Source: Eledone cirrhosa
Lineage: Eukaryota
Direction of reading: 5' to 3'
DNA length: 64,000 bases
Assembly: GCA_964016885.1 (NCBI GenBank)
Contig: OZ024761.1
Span: 9,982,001-10,046,000 of the forward strand
Numbering within the stretch: position 1 is the first letter of the stretch; each line of letters opens with the position of its first letter. The notes under the pieces are model-generated. The model was not told where the DNA came from. It saw nothing but the letters and a program-made list of their open reading frames with translations, and made no database searches. This document shows, in pieces, positions 42,401 to 55,678 of this stretch. The translations under genes and the position numbers were made by a program.

Positions 42401-45400
42401 AGTATATGATATATAGATAGACCAGCTGAGAGGGGTATATAATATATAGACTTACCAGCTGAGAGGTGTATATAATATATAGGCAGATTAGCTGAGAGGG
42501 GTATATAATATATAGACAGACCAGCTGAGAGGTGTATATAATATATAGACAGACCAGCTGAGAGGGGTATATAGTATATATAGAGACTAGCTGAGAGGGG
42601 TATATAATATATAGACAGACCAGCTGAGAGGGGTATATAATATATAGACAGACCAGCCGAGAGGGGTATATAATATATAGAGAGACCAACTGAGACGTGT
42701 ATATAATATATAGACAGACCAGCTGAGAGGGGTATATAATATATAGACAGACCAGCTGAGAGGAGTATATGATATATAGACAGGCCAGCTGAGAGGTGTA
42801 TATAATATATAGACAGACCAGCTGAGAGGGGTATATAATATATAGACAGACCAGCTGAGGGGTGTATATAATATATAGACAGACGAGCTGAGAGGTGTAT
42901 ATAATATATAGACAGACCAGCCGAGAGGGGTATATAATATATAGAGAGACCAACTGAGACGTGTATATAATATATAGACAGACCAGCTGAGGGGTGTATA
43001 TAATATATAGACAGACTAGTTGAGAGGGGTATATAATATATAGACAGACCAGCTGAGAGGTGTATATAATATATAGACAGACCAGCTGAGAGGTGTATAT
43101 AATATATAGACAGACTAGCTGAGTGGGGTATATAATATATAGACAGACTAGCTGATAGGTGTGTATAATATATAGACAGACCAGCTGAGAGGTGTATATA
43201 ATATATAGAGTGACCAGCTGAGAGGGGTATATAATATATAGACAGACCAGCTGAGAGGGGTATATAATATATCGACAGACCAGCTGAGAGGGTTATATAA
43301 TATATAGACAGACCAACCGACAGGGGTATATAATATATAGAGAGACCAGCTGAGAAGGGTATATAATATATAGACAGACCAGCTGAGAGGTGTATATAAT
43401 ATATAGACAGACTAGCTGAGAAGGGTATATAATATATAGACAGACCAGCTGAGAGGAGTATATAATATATAGAGAGACTAGCTGAGAGGGGTATATAATA
43501 TATAGACAGACCAGCTGAGAGGGGTATATAATATATAGACAGACTAGCTGAGAGAGGTATATAATATATAGACGGACCAGCTGAGAGGTGTATATAATAT
43601 ATAGAGAGACTAGCTGAGAGGTGTATATAATATATAGACAGACCAACTGAGACGTGTATATAATATATAGACAGATCAGCTGAGAGGAGTATATAATATA
43701 TAGAGAGACCAGCTGAGAGGTGTATATAATATATAGAGAGACCAGCTGAGAGGTGTATATAATATATAGACTGACCAGCTGAGAGGTGTATATAATATAT
43801 AGACAGATTAGCTGAGAGGGGTATATAATATCTAGACAGACCAGCTGAGAGGTGTATATAATATATAGAGAGACCAGCTGAGAGGTGTATATAATATATA
43901 GACAGACCAGCTGAGAGGGGTATATAGTATATAGAGAGACCAGCTGAGAGGGGTATATAGTATATAGAGAGACTAGCTGAGAGGGGTATATAATATATAG
44001 ACAGACCAGCTGAGAGGTGTATATAATATATAGACTGACCAGCTGAGAGGTGTATATAATATATAGACAGATTAGCTGAGAGGGGTATATAATATATAGA
44101 CAGACCAGCTGAGAGGTGTATATAATATATAGAGAGACCAGCTGAGAGGTGTATATAATATATAGACAGACCAGCTGAGAGGGGTATATAGTATATAGAG
44201 AGACCAGCTGAGAGGGGTATATAGTATATAGAGAGACTAGCTGAGAGGGGTATATAATATATAGACAGACTAGCTGAGAGGGGTGTATAATATATAGACA
44301 GACCAGCTGAGAGGGGTATATAATATATAGAGAGACTAGCTGAGAAGGGTATATAGTATATAGAGAGACCAACTGAGAGGTGTATATAATATATAGACAG
44401 ACCAGCTGAGAGAGGTATATAATATATAGACAGACCAGCTGAGAGGGGTATATAATATATAGAGAGACCAACTGAGAGGTGTATATAATATATAGACAGA
44501 CCAGCTGAGAGGGGTATATAATATATATAGAGACCAACTGAGAGGTGTATATAATATATAGACAGACTAGCTGAGAGGTGTATATAATATATAGACAGAC
44601 CAGCTGAGAGGGGTATATAGTATATAGAGAGACCAACTGAGAGGTGTATATAATATATAGACGGACCAGCTGAGAGGTGTATATAATATATAGACAGACC
44701 AGCTGAGAGGGGTATATAATATATAGATAGACCAGCTGAGAGGGGTATATAATATATAGACAGACTAGCTGAGAGGGGTATATAATATATAGAGAGACTA
44801 GCTGAGAGGGGTATATAATATATAGAGAGACTAGCTGAGAGGGGTATATAATATATAGAGAGATTAGCTGAGAGGGGTATATAATATATAGACAGACCAG
44901 CTGAGAGGTGTATATAATATATAGACAGACCAGCTGAGAGGGATATATAATATATAGACAGACCAGCTGAGGGGTGTATATAATATATAGACAGACCAGC
45001 TGAGAGGTGTATATAATATATAGACAGACCAGCTGAGAGTAGTATATAATATATAGACAGACTAGCTGAGAGGTGTATATAATATATAGAGAGACTAGCT
45101 GAGAGTTGTATATAATATATAGACAGACTAGCTGAGAGGGGTATATAATATATAGACAGACCAGCTGAGAGGTGTACATAATATATAGACAGACCAGCTG
45201 AGAGGTGTATATAATATATAGACAGACCAGCTGAGACAAGTATATAATATATAGATAGACCAGCTGAGAGGTGTATATAATATATAGACAGACCAGCTGA
45301 GAGGTGTATATAATATATAGAGTGACTAGCTGAGAAGTGTATATAATATATGGACAGACCAGCTGAGAGGGGTATATAATATATAGACAGACCAGCTGAG

Positions 45401-45822
45401 AGGGGTATATAATATATAGACAGACCAGCTTAGAGGTGTATATAATATATAGACAGACCAGCTGAGAGATGTATATAATATATAGACAGACTAGCTGAGA
45501 GGTGTATATAATATATAGAGAGACTAGCTGAGAGGTGTATATAATATATAGACAGACTAGCTGAGAGGGGTATATAATATATAGACAGACCAGCTGAGAG
45601 GGGTATATAATATATAGACAGACCAGCTGAGAGATGTATATAATATATAGACAGACCAGCTGAGAGGTGTATATAATATATAGACAGACCAGCTGAGAGG
45701 GGTATATAATATATAGACACACCAGCTGACAGGGGTATATAATATATAGACAGGCCAGCTGAGAGGTGTATATAATATATAGACAGACCAGCTGAGAGGT
45801 GTATATAATATATAGAGAGACC
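36488..45822. repeat. 33-bp satellite array (~9.3 kb, ~280 copies)
   Basis: Unit agacagaccagctgagaggKgtatataatatat; 11-aa periodic pseudo-ORFs confirm the 33-bp period. Confidence 0.97.
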
Positions 45823-46130
45823 GGTGTGGTGGCTGGAAAGAAATGCTCTGCTGGATGAGTAATGTCAACTTCTGCATGTAAACGACAAAGCAGGACAGAC
45901 GAATTGAAGTGTAAAGGGGTTTTATGTAGTGTGCAAGGGAGAAGACTGTGCTGGTACAGACATGTGATGTGGATACTTGATAACAGTTGAGTAAAGATGT
46001 GCCGGGAGTTCCACGTGGAAGGATGCTGCAGAAGTTGTTGAACACTGACCTCAGAATAGTGTATCCTATAAAGTATATAGTGAGACACTGATTTGGAGAG
46101 GACCCATCCAACCTAAGAATGCATGTGAAA
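45823..46130 (+). mobile_element. Decayed RTE LINE fragment
   Basis: Frames give LER...EMLCWMSNV and SVQGRRLCWYRHVMW, homologous to the 24181-24719 copy. Confidence 0.65.
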
Positions 46131-46728
46131 GAAGACATAAAAGGGTTAATGATATAACTGAAATGATACACAGCCACTTTTGTAAAAACATTAACACATT
46201 ACCTTTAAAGATAGACAGAGGCACGTTCGAGAAAATAGTGATAGTAGGATGTGTAAATATCGTTAACTGTGGAATTATAGATATTATAGGATGTTAAGAA
46301 ATATGTCCATCATCTCATTATACAACTGGAATCACATAACCAAATTTGTAAAAACATTAACAGATTATCTATAAAGATAGACAAAGGCACAATCGAGAAA
46401 ATAGTGATACTAGCATCTGTAGATATTGTTAGGGTATTCTCACACACCATTTTTTAACCCTTTAACATTTAAACTGGCCGTATCCAGCCAGAATTCTCTT
46501 ACCTTCTTCTGTTTAAACTAGCTGTAACCAGTCACTCATACTGATGTTAACGTATTGTTTTCAAAATAAATAGTATTAAATTATACAGCTTAGCATCATA
46601 GAACCAAGGGTGGTTCCAGGGTGGTTTAGTATTGAAATGATTAAGTTGGCATTTGGAACATAACTTAAAAAAGGTTCTTATATAAAATTATGATGGAAGG
46701 TTTTTTTAAATAATTATAAACACTTTCA

Positions 46729-46936
46729 CCTTTCAGCATTTAAACAGGCCACATCCGGCCAGAATTCTCTCACCACTTTCTATTCAAACTGGCCATAACC
46801 GACCACTCATACTGACATTAAGGTATTGTTCTTAAAATAAATAGTAACATCATCAAAATCTTGTAGATTCCATATTATGTGAGATAAAATCTTTACCATG
46901 GAAATATAATAGTAGAGTGATGTAAATGCTAAATGG
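46729..46936 (+). mobile_element. piggyBac-type MITE copy (partial copy also at ~46458-46575)
   Basis: cctttcagcattta...taaatgctaaatgg-TTAA; body matches 27225-27445. Confidence 0.75.
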
Positions 46937-47242
46937 TTAAAATAGACAGCTTAATAACATAGACCCAATGGTGGTTTCAGGTTGGTTTAGTATCAAGAGT
47001 TAAATTACTAGCAAACAGTAATTTTCTTTGTTTTAAATAATATATGTATAGGGTAGATATCCTCTACCCCTGGGTGTGTGTGTGTGGGGGGGGGGGGGGA
47101 TGTCCAAATGTTCCAATATTGTTTACAAAATGAAACATACAGACAGAAAAAAATATTTTCCTTCCTTCAAATAAACTGTGGTAAAATCCAATTACTCACT
47201 GAGGTACACCTTGAGTCATCTATAAACTATAAACTCATAATG

Positions 47243-47432
47243 GTTTCTAATTTAGGCACAAGGCCAGCAATTAAATCGACCACAGTATGTTACTAGTACT
47301 TTATTTTATTGACATCATAAGGATGAAAGGTAAAGCTAAACCTCGGTGGGATTTGAACACAGCACAGAACTGTAACTCTGTGCCGCTAAACATGTTGGCT
47401 GACCCTCTACCAATTCTGCCAATCCACCGCCC
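47243..47432 (-). mobile_element. Family-A SINE
   Basis: Minus-strand head gggcggtggattggcagaattggtagag, B box gttcaaatccc. Confidence 0.75.
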
Positions 47433-47619
47433 TTATAATAATAAACAGATGACAATATATACCTCAGAAACAGAGAAACTATCCAAATATAAAGATCTAG
47501 AGATAGAAATAACCCGAACGTGGATGATGAAAACAAACAATCCCTATATATTCCCTATATGGGAATGATAAAAACACAGACAGATGCATCACCAAAACTC
47601 CAGGACTTTAAAAAAATTG

Positions 47620-48345
47620 CTAAGATTGGAGGTGCAATATATTTGTCAACGATATACCAAAAATAAATAAGATCTTTCAGTACATTATGGCTATGAAAAG
47701 ATTTAAACACAGAAACATTACCAGTCTGAGAGGGGGGGTAAACAGGTCTTTAAAAAAACACTAAAATTTGAGGTACAATATATTGTTCAAAGATATACCA
47801 AACATTAACAAAATCTTTCAGTACATGGAGGCTATGAAAAGATTTAACAACTTAACTTTGATAACTTTTGGCCAGTATTGGCCCAGGCCATGTCTAACTT
47901 AATTGCACCACTTGGAGGGGATTTTAAAACAGGTCTTTAAAAAATAGTGATTGAAGGTGCAATATATTGTTAAGTATCTACCAAACATAAAGAGGATATT
48001 TCAGTACATGGAGGCTATGAAAAGATTCACCAGCAGAAACTTTACCAGTCTGAGAGAGAGGGGGGACATCTTGAAGCTGGTCTTTCAAAATAAACCTATG
48101 ATTGGAGGTACAATATATTCGTCAAAGATATACCAAACATAAATAAGTCTTTCAGTACATGGTGGCTATGAAAAGATTTAAACACAGAAACATTACCAGC
48201 CAGATAGACAGAGGGGATTTTTAAAACAGGTCTTTAAAAAAAAATACTAAGATTGGAAGTGTGATATATTGTCAAAGATTTACCAAACATAAAGAAGATC
48301 TTTCAGTACATGGAGGCTATGAAAGGATTTAAAGACAGAAACATT
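47620..48345. repeat. Degenerate ~150-bp tandem repeat (5 copies)
   Basis: Recurring gattggaggtgcaatat...gatataccaaacata...tttcagtacatggaggctatgaaaagattt at ~47621, 47762, 47950, 48100 and 48249. Confidence 0.75.
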
Positions 48346-49349
48346 TAGCTGCCTTATAGCTGTCTTTGTTGTTCACCTTTTTTGTTATTTTGCTTATTTG
48401 GACTCTATTTTTTTTCTTTCTCTTGCTCTGTCTTCCTCCTTTTTCCTTTCCCCCTCTCTTTCTTTTATTTTTTTGCTTCTTAATTATAGAGGGTATTAGA
48501 TACCTTTCTGTGTCTGTCAAGGTTTACCAACACTACATGGACATTTAAGTTGATTAAATATATATCTGCCTTTTTTCTCCCCTCAATAATTTCAATGGAA
48601 TACATCTTTTAACACGATATCTTACTTTCTTCAACTTGCCTTTTTTTTCCTTTCTTTTTCTTCTTCCTTTACTTCATTTCTTTCCCACAAGACTATCGTT
48701 GTTATAAAAAGCACAATACCTCCTAGTCCTCTCATAAAACTCTGTATGTACCTGTCATGGCTTAATTACTATAAGTTAGTGTTTTGTCTTATCTTTTACT
48801 CTACGGACAGCGCTTTCGTTTATGTCAGACACTGTGACCCCAGGTGGGCCAGCAGTACCGTCAGTAGGGATTAAAACTGCCAGAAAGTCCATCACAATGG
48901 CTGAAGACCTTAGAGTTCTGTGTCTTTCATTTGTCTTTTTATTTTTAAAAGAATTTTTAAATGTTTCCCCTTCAAAAAACGTTTTTTTTTTTTTTGTTTT
49001 GCCTTGTTTTCGTTTGTTGCCTTCTCTTTGTTAATTTTCCTAATTTTGGTCTCACGATTTCGATCTCATTTACAATTTGATCAACAAATTCATTTATCAA
49101 TTGTAATACAACATTCATATGTGTGTGTATATATACACATATATGTCTATATATATGTGTAGATGTATATGTATGTAGATGTAGATGTGTGTGTTTATAT
49201 ATACATATATGTATATATAGTATATAAGGGAGGGGATCAGGAGTGTGTAACACTCCACTTATCCAATAGGCAGTATAAGGTTAGCTCGATGTCTGAGGAC
49301 AGAGCCGTAATATAATCAATAACAAAGAACGCTTAGAGCATAAGTATAT

Positions 49350-49407
49350 CTTTACTTGCTGACAGTGTTTCGTCCACACTATAAGTGGGACTCATCAGAG
49401 CATAAAG
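49350..49407 (-). ncRNA. Minimal type-I hammerhead ribozyme motif
   Basis: ctttatgct-CTGATGA-GTCCCACTTATAGTGTGGAC-GAAA-CACTG-TC-agcaagtaaag. Canonical core with G10.1-C11.1, GUC site, stem I tgct/agca. Confidence 0.8.
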
Positions 49408-49801
49408 AGTGATTACATATTACACAAGCAATAACAAAGCCAATACAGAAGAATATATATGGGGATGCAATAAGTTGGGAGGGGTTTAAAGAGTAGAGTA
49501 AATAGAGTGTAGAAAATAAAATTGGAGGATAAAGAATAGTGAAAAGTACAAAAAATAAATAATAAACATTGAAGAAACATAAGCATTGAAAAATAAGAGG
49601 TGCTATCAGTCACAGTTGGGCAGGGTGCTGTTAACAAACAGTTACATACAAGCATACGCATAAGCATGAGCACCCGCATGCAACCACACAATAGGCAGCC
49701 ATATGCAACACATATAGTATAGACTAATACAAATAACATATCATGGACGAGTATGCAAAAGCTAAGAGATAAATGGTGGATATACAGTGGGTAAAAATAC
49801 A

Positions 49802-49843
<42 letters not shown>

Positions 49844-49858
49844 GTTTGAATATATATA

Positions 49859-50736
49859 CAGGGTGCGGACGATATTTGTTCACAATTTTCAACTGCTAAT
49901 TTTATGCAAATTTTTTTTACTTCCGTTGTCACTCTTGTCTTCAAAAAAACAGTGACTATATTTCCATCATTTATTTTCAGAATAATTGATTATGAATAAT
50001 TTTGAACCTCCAAATTTGTGGAAGAGACACAGCGTTCTTCTTGGAATCCGTGCCGGGAGGACAAATAAGACCAGAAGATCAACTCCCAGAACAACAGGTG
50101 GCTCGCTGTCTCATCCAAAGACATGCCCAGAGTCTTGCAGACAAAATTTCCAGCGACAACATTGGTCTTAGGTGTTGTCAGCAGTCAAGGTGACGTCATG
50201 CCACCTCACTTCTTCCCTGAGGGCCTCAAGCTGAACACCGATGGCTACATCCGCATTCTGAGCGAGGTAGTAAAGCCCTGGATCAATCAGGTAGCTGCAG
50301 GTAGGCCGTATGTGTAGCAGCAAGACTCAGCGCCCTGCCATACCAGCCGAAAGACCCAAGCCTGGCTGTCAGAGAACTTCGTCGACCACACTTCACCTGA
50401 CATCTGGTCTCCCAGCTCGCCTGACTGCAAGCCCCTCGACTTCTTTGTATGGGGCGCAGTGGAACGAGACACCAACAGATCTAGTTGCAATACAAAAGGC
50501 GATCTGAAGGCCAAGATCACAAGTGCCTTTAGGGGCCTAAGTCGGAGGACAGTGACGAAGGCCTGTAGCCGGTTCCGAGGTCGTCATCAAAACCAATGGC
50601 GGGTTTATCGAGTGAGATCGAAAGAACAAGTCATGAAGACAAACTGACCAAGTTTGATAAATAAATCTTAAAAAATAAAACTAGTGTTATTTTTTCCTAG
50701 ACAGTAATCTTGCCAACAGATATCGTCCGCACCCTG
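49859..50736 (+). mobile_element. Internally deleted Tc1/mariner-superfamily DNA transposon, DD37D (maT-type)
   Basis: TIRs CAGGGTGCGGACGATAT(T/C)TGTT with TA on both sides. Transposase remnant ...GRPYV*QQDSAPCHT...WSPSSPDCKPLDFFVWG has 37 aa between the second and third Asp; one in-frame stop; the N-terminal part is deleted. Confidence 0.9.
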
Positions 50737-51299
50737 TATATATTAGGATGTGCACAGGCTCAGATCTTGTGGTATATGTAGATAAGGTTTAACTGGTTTG
50801 TATATTCTATAGTTAGTAGGGAGTGTCCTATTGTGTGAGATTGACAGGCAGATTCTGCCACAAAATGTACAAGTATAGATAGACACATATATATGTATAT
50901 ATATATATATTTATTTACATACATACACATATATATATATACATATGATGTCTATTTTCCAATAGATAGTACAAAAGATGCAACAAGAATAATGACAAAT
51001 TCACTAACACGAAAGAGTTCCAAAGAGACCTCACTTCTCTCATCAAATGCCAGGATACCGAAATGCAGTGAAGGAGAACAAGGAGGACACACACCCCTAG
51101 AGATTGTGTGTGCTATCTAAAGCTGTCACATTTCAATAAGGGAAATACCACTGATATCTCTCAAGCTATCAGTAAAGAGTGTTGGAACATACAACTGCTG
51201 GACTTGGGTCCCTCTCTGAAGTGGAAATGTTCATGAGATCATTTGTGGTATACAAAGTCACCTGCATATACTGTGGTGGCTCCATACATTGTATGCATA

Positions 51300-51680
51300 T
51301 TCAGATGTCCAGCGGCTACACATACAGATCAAAGACACATGACCATAAGTGCTTGCACTGTCAAAAGATACCAATAATAGATCAGAAGACACCAAGAGAA
51401 AGCCACACACAAAGACATTGAGGTCATCATAGAGGCCTCGGAGAGGAATGTGGGTAATTTACTAGAAGCTCTCATTATAAACAGGCATAAGCTAGACACC
51501 AATAATAGATCAGAGCTACACATTTAGCTGCTTGCTTCACTTCAGCACAGGCTCTCAGATTCCTTAACACCAGTAGCAATTAGATTTCGCCAATGGGCTC
51601 TTGTCTGTTGTAAGATTTTCACATGTTTCAGTGTTGATGTTGATCTCCTTCAGGGTATCTTTCAAGCAGTCTTTAAGCAA
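51300..51680 (-). mobile_element. Decayed RTE-like LINE 3' fragment (opposite orientation to neighbour)
   Basis: Minus strand translates DCLKDTLKEININTETCENLTTDKS, like the RTE C-terminal KDTLK...WE.LA.DR motif. Confidence 0.45.
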
Positions 51681-51682
51681 CC

Positions 51683-52730
51683 AGCAGAGTGAGAGTTGGC
51701 AATGAGTACAGTGATGAATTTGAAGTGCAGTTAGAGGTCTACCAGGGATCAGTCCTGAGTCAATTCCTGTTTATCCTTGTGTTTCAGACTATCACTGAAG
51801 AGTTTAAAACTGGCACTCCATGGGAGCTCCTATATGCTGACAATCTAGTTCTCATAGTTGAATCTGTAGGAGAGTTAGAAGCAAAATTTCAAGCATGGAA
51901 GAACCTTGAGCTGAGGGGCCTAGCAAAGACATAAGTTTTAAATAGTAGAAAAGAAGACAGGAATGTGATACCATCAGGAAAGTGGCCTTATTTGATATGT
52001 CAGAAAGGAGTGGATAGAAATTCCATAAGGTGCACACAATATAAATTATGGGCACACAAGATATGTAGTGGGATTGTTGGGAGGCTAACAGAAAAGATAG
52101 ACTTTATATGAGACACATGGACAGGGAAGGTAAGCACAAAGAGCGTGTGAAATAGATTCCCTCAGCTGTCAGGGGGGACTCCATAGAAGCTGTTGACAAC
52201 TTTCGCTACTTAGGCAATCAAATTAGTAGTTGGGGAGGATGTGTTGAAAGTGTGATAGCTAGGATAAAAAGGTTTTGAGATCTATTACTGCTGCTAACAA
52301 CAAAATGCTTTTCTCACAGAGTGAAGGATAGACTGCATGATGTCTGTGTGCGAACTGCAATGTTACAAGGCAGTTAAACATGGGCCTTGACTGCAGAAGA
52401 CCTGTGTAGACTAGAAAGAAGTGAGTCGATATGCTCCGATGGATCTGTAATGTTAATGTGTATGAGCGACATAACATAAGCAAACTGAAGGAGAAACTTA
52501 GTATCAGAAGAATTGGATGTAGTGTGCAAGAGAGAAGACTGAGTTGGTATGGACATATGATGTGCATGGAAGATAGCAGCTGCATAAAGAAATGCAGAGA
52601 AACCCCAGTGGCTGGGACCTGTGGAAGTGGCAGACCCAGGAAGACACAGGATGAGGTTGTGAAAACCGACCTTAAAAAAACTAAACCTCACAACAGAAAT
52701 GACTAAAGACCGCGAAGGTTGGCACTATGT
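51683..52730 (+). pseudogene. Decayed RTE LINE reverse-transcriptase / C-terminal region
   Basis: YQGSVLSQFLF and LLYADNLV (RT motifs), then MLRWICNV...ERRLSWYGHMM...GRPRKT; stops and frameshifts are present. Confidence 0.85.
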
Positions 52731-52733
52731 AGT

Positions 52734-52777
<44 letters not shown>

Positions 52778-52877
52778 TTCTTCATTGTACTTGTGTCTTT
52801 TGCTTTGTTATTTCTGTTTGCCTTGCGCATATATAAATATATATACATATATATGTATGTGTGTGTATATACAAATA

Positions 52878-52913
<36 letters not shown>

Positions 52914-53043
52914 TTCCTGATGATTTCTAAAGAATGAAACAGTTCTAGTCCTGTAGATCTCATCTATATTAAAACTTTTATACTCTGCAATGTATTGAGT
53001 ACCTTACTTACTGTGGTTACCTCTGATTCAACCCGGAATAACG

Positions 53044-53075
<32 letters not shown>

Positions 53076-53540
53076 AATCTATCTCTCTCTATATATAAAT
53101 CTCTCTCTATATATATAAATCTCTCTCTATATATATATATAAATCTATACATTCTAATAAATATGTATATACATTTTGGGGGGGACACCTTGTATATATA
53201 AATAATTTGGTCGTCAAGTATGAAATTTGTAGAAATTTATAGAAAAAAAACAAATTTGTAGAAATTTCATACTTGATGACCCTATATAAATATAAATATA
53301 TATAAGAGACTATAGGAACTTCCATCCCTTCCTTCCAATCATTAACTAAGCCAAAATGGTGAATGAAGGAGTGGGAGGGTGAAGTAGGAAGACAGCAACA
53401 TGTCTGTAGCATTGGTTGGTCAGCAGCTGACCAACAGAATTGTGTCAAGTGGCAGTGGGGAAGGAGAGATGGGGGGGGGGGGGAATTTCCTCCACCAATA
53501 TCTGTGGAACAGATCTACTGTTGTGGTGCTATTAAATAAT

Positions 53541-53734
53541 TGTTTCTACTTTTGCCACAAGGCCAGCAATTATCTCAGTGCATTACTGGTACTTTTTCTT
53601 ATCGACCCCCCCCCCCCCGTAAGGATGAAAGCAAAGCTAACCTCAGCCAGATTTGAACTCAGAACGCAAAGGGCCATAACTCTATGCTGCAGAGCATAGT
53701 GTCTGACGCTCTAGTGATACTGCCAATCCACCGC
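53541..53734 (-). mobile_element. Family-A SINE
   Basis: Minus-strand head gcggtggattggcagtatc, B box gagttcaaatc, shared body. Confidence 0.8.
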
Positions 53735-54117
53735 TGTTGTAGTGCAACTAAATAATCTGCTTTGCTTTATACAGTGAAATTCCATGATAACGAAATCCAG
53801 GGTATAAAAAAAATTTGTTGTAAAATTCTTTATAATGAGATCGACCTTCCCCATCGAGCATGTGGTCGGGGGATTGAAAATAATTTTGTTATACTGAAAA
53901 ATTTGTTATAATGGTATTCGTTATAATGGAATGTTACCTGTACTTTTAATTTGGACACCTCTTACCTGCATGACTGAACCTCAGAGATGTCCCCACTTTT
54001 GGGGAATTTGTTATGTTTTTATTATAAATATTTGTTTTTTAGTCTTCTTTAAAAACCTTTCCCTCACACACAATTCCTGCACTGTACAGTCCTATACTGT
54101 CCTTATTGTCCTCTTAA

Positions 54118-54946
54118 GTCTTTAACATTTACACTCTATATATACTATTGTATTTTCACAGTAAAGGCTTTACCTCACATAACATTTACACTCTATATAT
54201 ACTATTGTATTTTCACAGTAAAGGCTTTACCTCACTTAACATTTACACTCTATATATACTATTGTATTTTCACAGTAAAGGCTTTACCTCACATAACATT
54301 TACACTCTATATATACTATTGTATTTTCACAGTAAAGGCTTTACCTCACATAACATTTACACTCTATATATACTATTGTATTTTCACAGTAAAGGCTTTA
54401 CCTCACATAACATTTACACTCTATATATACTATTGTATTTTCACAGTAAAGGCTTTACCTCACATAACATTTACACTCTATATATACTATTGTATTTTCA
54501 CAGTAAAGGCTTTACCTCACATAACATTTACACTCTATATATACTATTGTATTTTCACAGTAAAGGCTTTACCTCACATAACATTTACACTCTATATATA
54601 CTATTGTATTTTCACAGTAAAGGCTTTACCTCACATAACATTTACACTCTATATATACTATTGTATTTTCACAGTAAAGGCTTTACCTCACATAACATTT
54701 ACACTCTATATATACTATTGTATTTTCACAGTAAAGGCTTTACCTCACATAACATTTACACTCTATATATACTATTGTATTTTCACAGTAAAGCCTTTAT
54801 CTCACTTAATATCGAATTTATTAGATTTTGATACTTATTTTGAGAGTAATACCTTAGCATCAGTATGAGTGGCTAGTGACGGCCAGTTATAACAGAAAGA
54901 TGTGAGATAGTTCTGGCCGGATATGGCTGGTTTAAATGCTAAAGGG
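54118..54946 (-). mobile_element. piggyBac-type MITE copy containing an internal 57-bp tandem array
   Basis: TTAA at 54114 and TIR taaatgctaaaggg ending at 54946; the flanks of the array match MITE 56399-56607. Confidence 0.8.
54123..54806. repeat. 57-bp tandem repeat (12 copies)
   Basis: Unit taacatttacactctatatatactattgtattttcacagtaaaggctttacctcaca (19-aa periodic ORF). Confidence 0.95.
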
Positions 54947-54994
54947 TTATTGTAAGCCCTGTGTGGCTAATAAAGAAACTATTATTGTTATTAT

Positions 54995-55175
54995 TTTCCC
55001 ACTTAGGGTCATGAGGACAGAGTCCTGAAACACACCTCCCAGCGGGTCCTGTCAGAAACAACCACTCCCAACTAATCTGGCTGGATCCCCAAGCGCGACC
55101 GGCCAAGTTCATGGATGTTATCCAACCATCTTGCTCGGAGTCTACCCCTGGGTCTCCTGCCAGTTGGTTTTGCAC
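54995..55175 (-). mobile_element. RTE LINE extreme 3' fragment (sister copy at 57615-57825, + strand)
   Basis: AKPTGRRPRGRLRARWLDNIHELGRSRLGIQPD; the sister copy reads GRPRARWLDNMDELDWSRLGIQPDQL...DRIRW. Confidence 0.7.
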
Positions 55176-55361
55176 ATAAAAATCTGTTATTATTATTAAT
55201 ATTATTATTATTATTATTATCCATTACACATATGATATCTATTTGAATATATTTAAATGTCTTGTGAGGATAAACATAGCCAAATAACTTGTATGATATA
55301 TATATATATGTGTACATATATATTTATATGTATGAAATTGTATGCATATGTATGTATATAG

Positions 55362-55678
55362 ATCATTCATCATTTCATTTTACGTCCACTTTTCCCTGCT
55401 TGCAAGGGTGGGACGGGAACTGATTCTGGCTTGATTTCTACAGCTGGATGCCCTTCCTAACACCAACCTCATTTACAGTGAGTGCTGGGTGCTTTTTTTT
55501 CTGTGGCACCTACACGTCTACTTTACAGTGTGGGCTGGGTGCTTTTTTGCCGTGGCACCTCCATGACCACTTTGCAGTGGAATGATATGGACCCCAGTCC
55601 CTATCATCTCATTTCTACAGCTGAGTAAACAACCTTTCGATTGCAAGGCCAGTGCTCTAACCACTAAGCCTTGTGCCT
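55362..55678 (-). mobile_element. Family-B SINE
   Basis: Near-identical to 23782-24080 over the tail and core; head aggcttagtggttagagcactggcc. Confidence 0.8.

Noticed and set aside
36549-46088. Long minus-strand ORFs (up to 931 aa) of SQLVCLYIIYP-type repeats
   Set aside because: Translations of the 33-bp satellite. Frames switch at indels and there is no non-repetitive domain.
54148-54831. 227-aa repeat ORF
   Set aside because: Translation of the 57-bp array inside a MITE.
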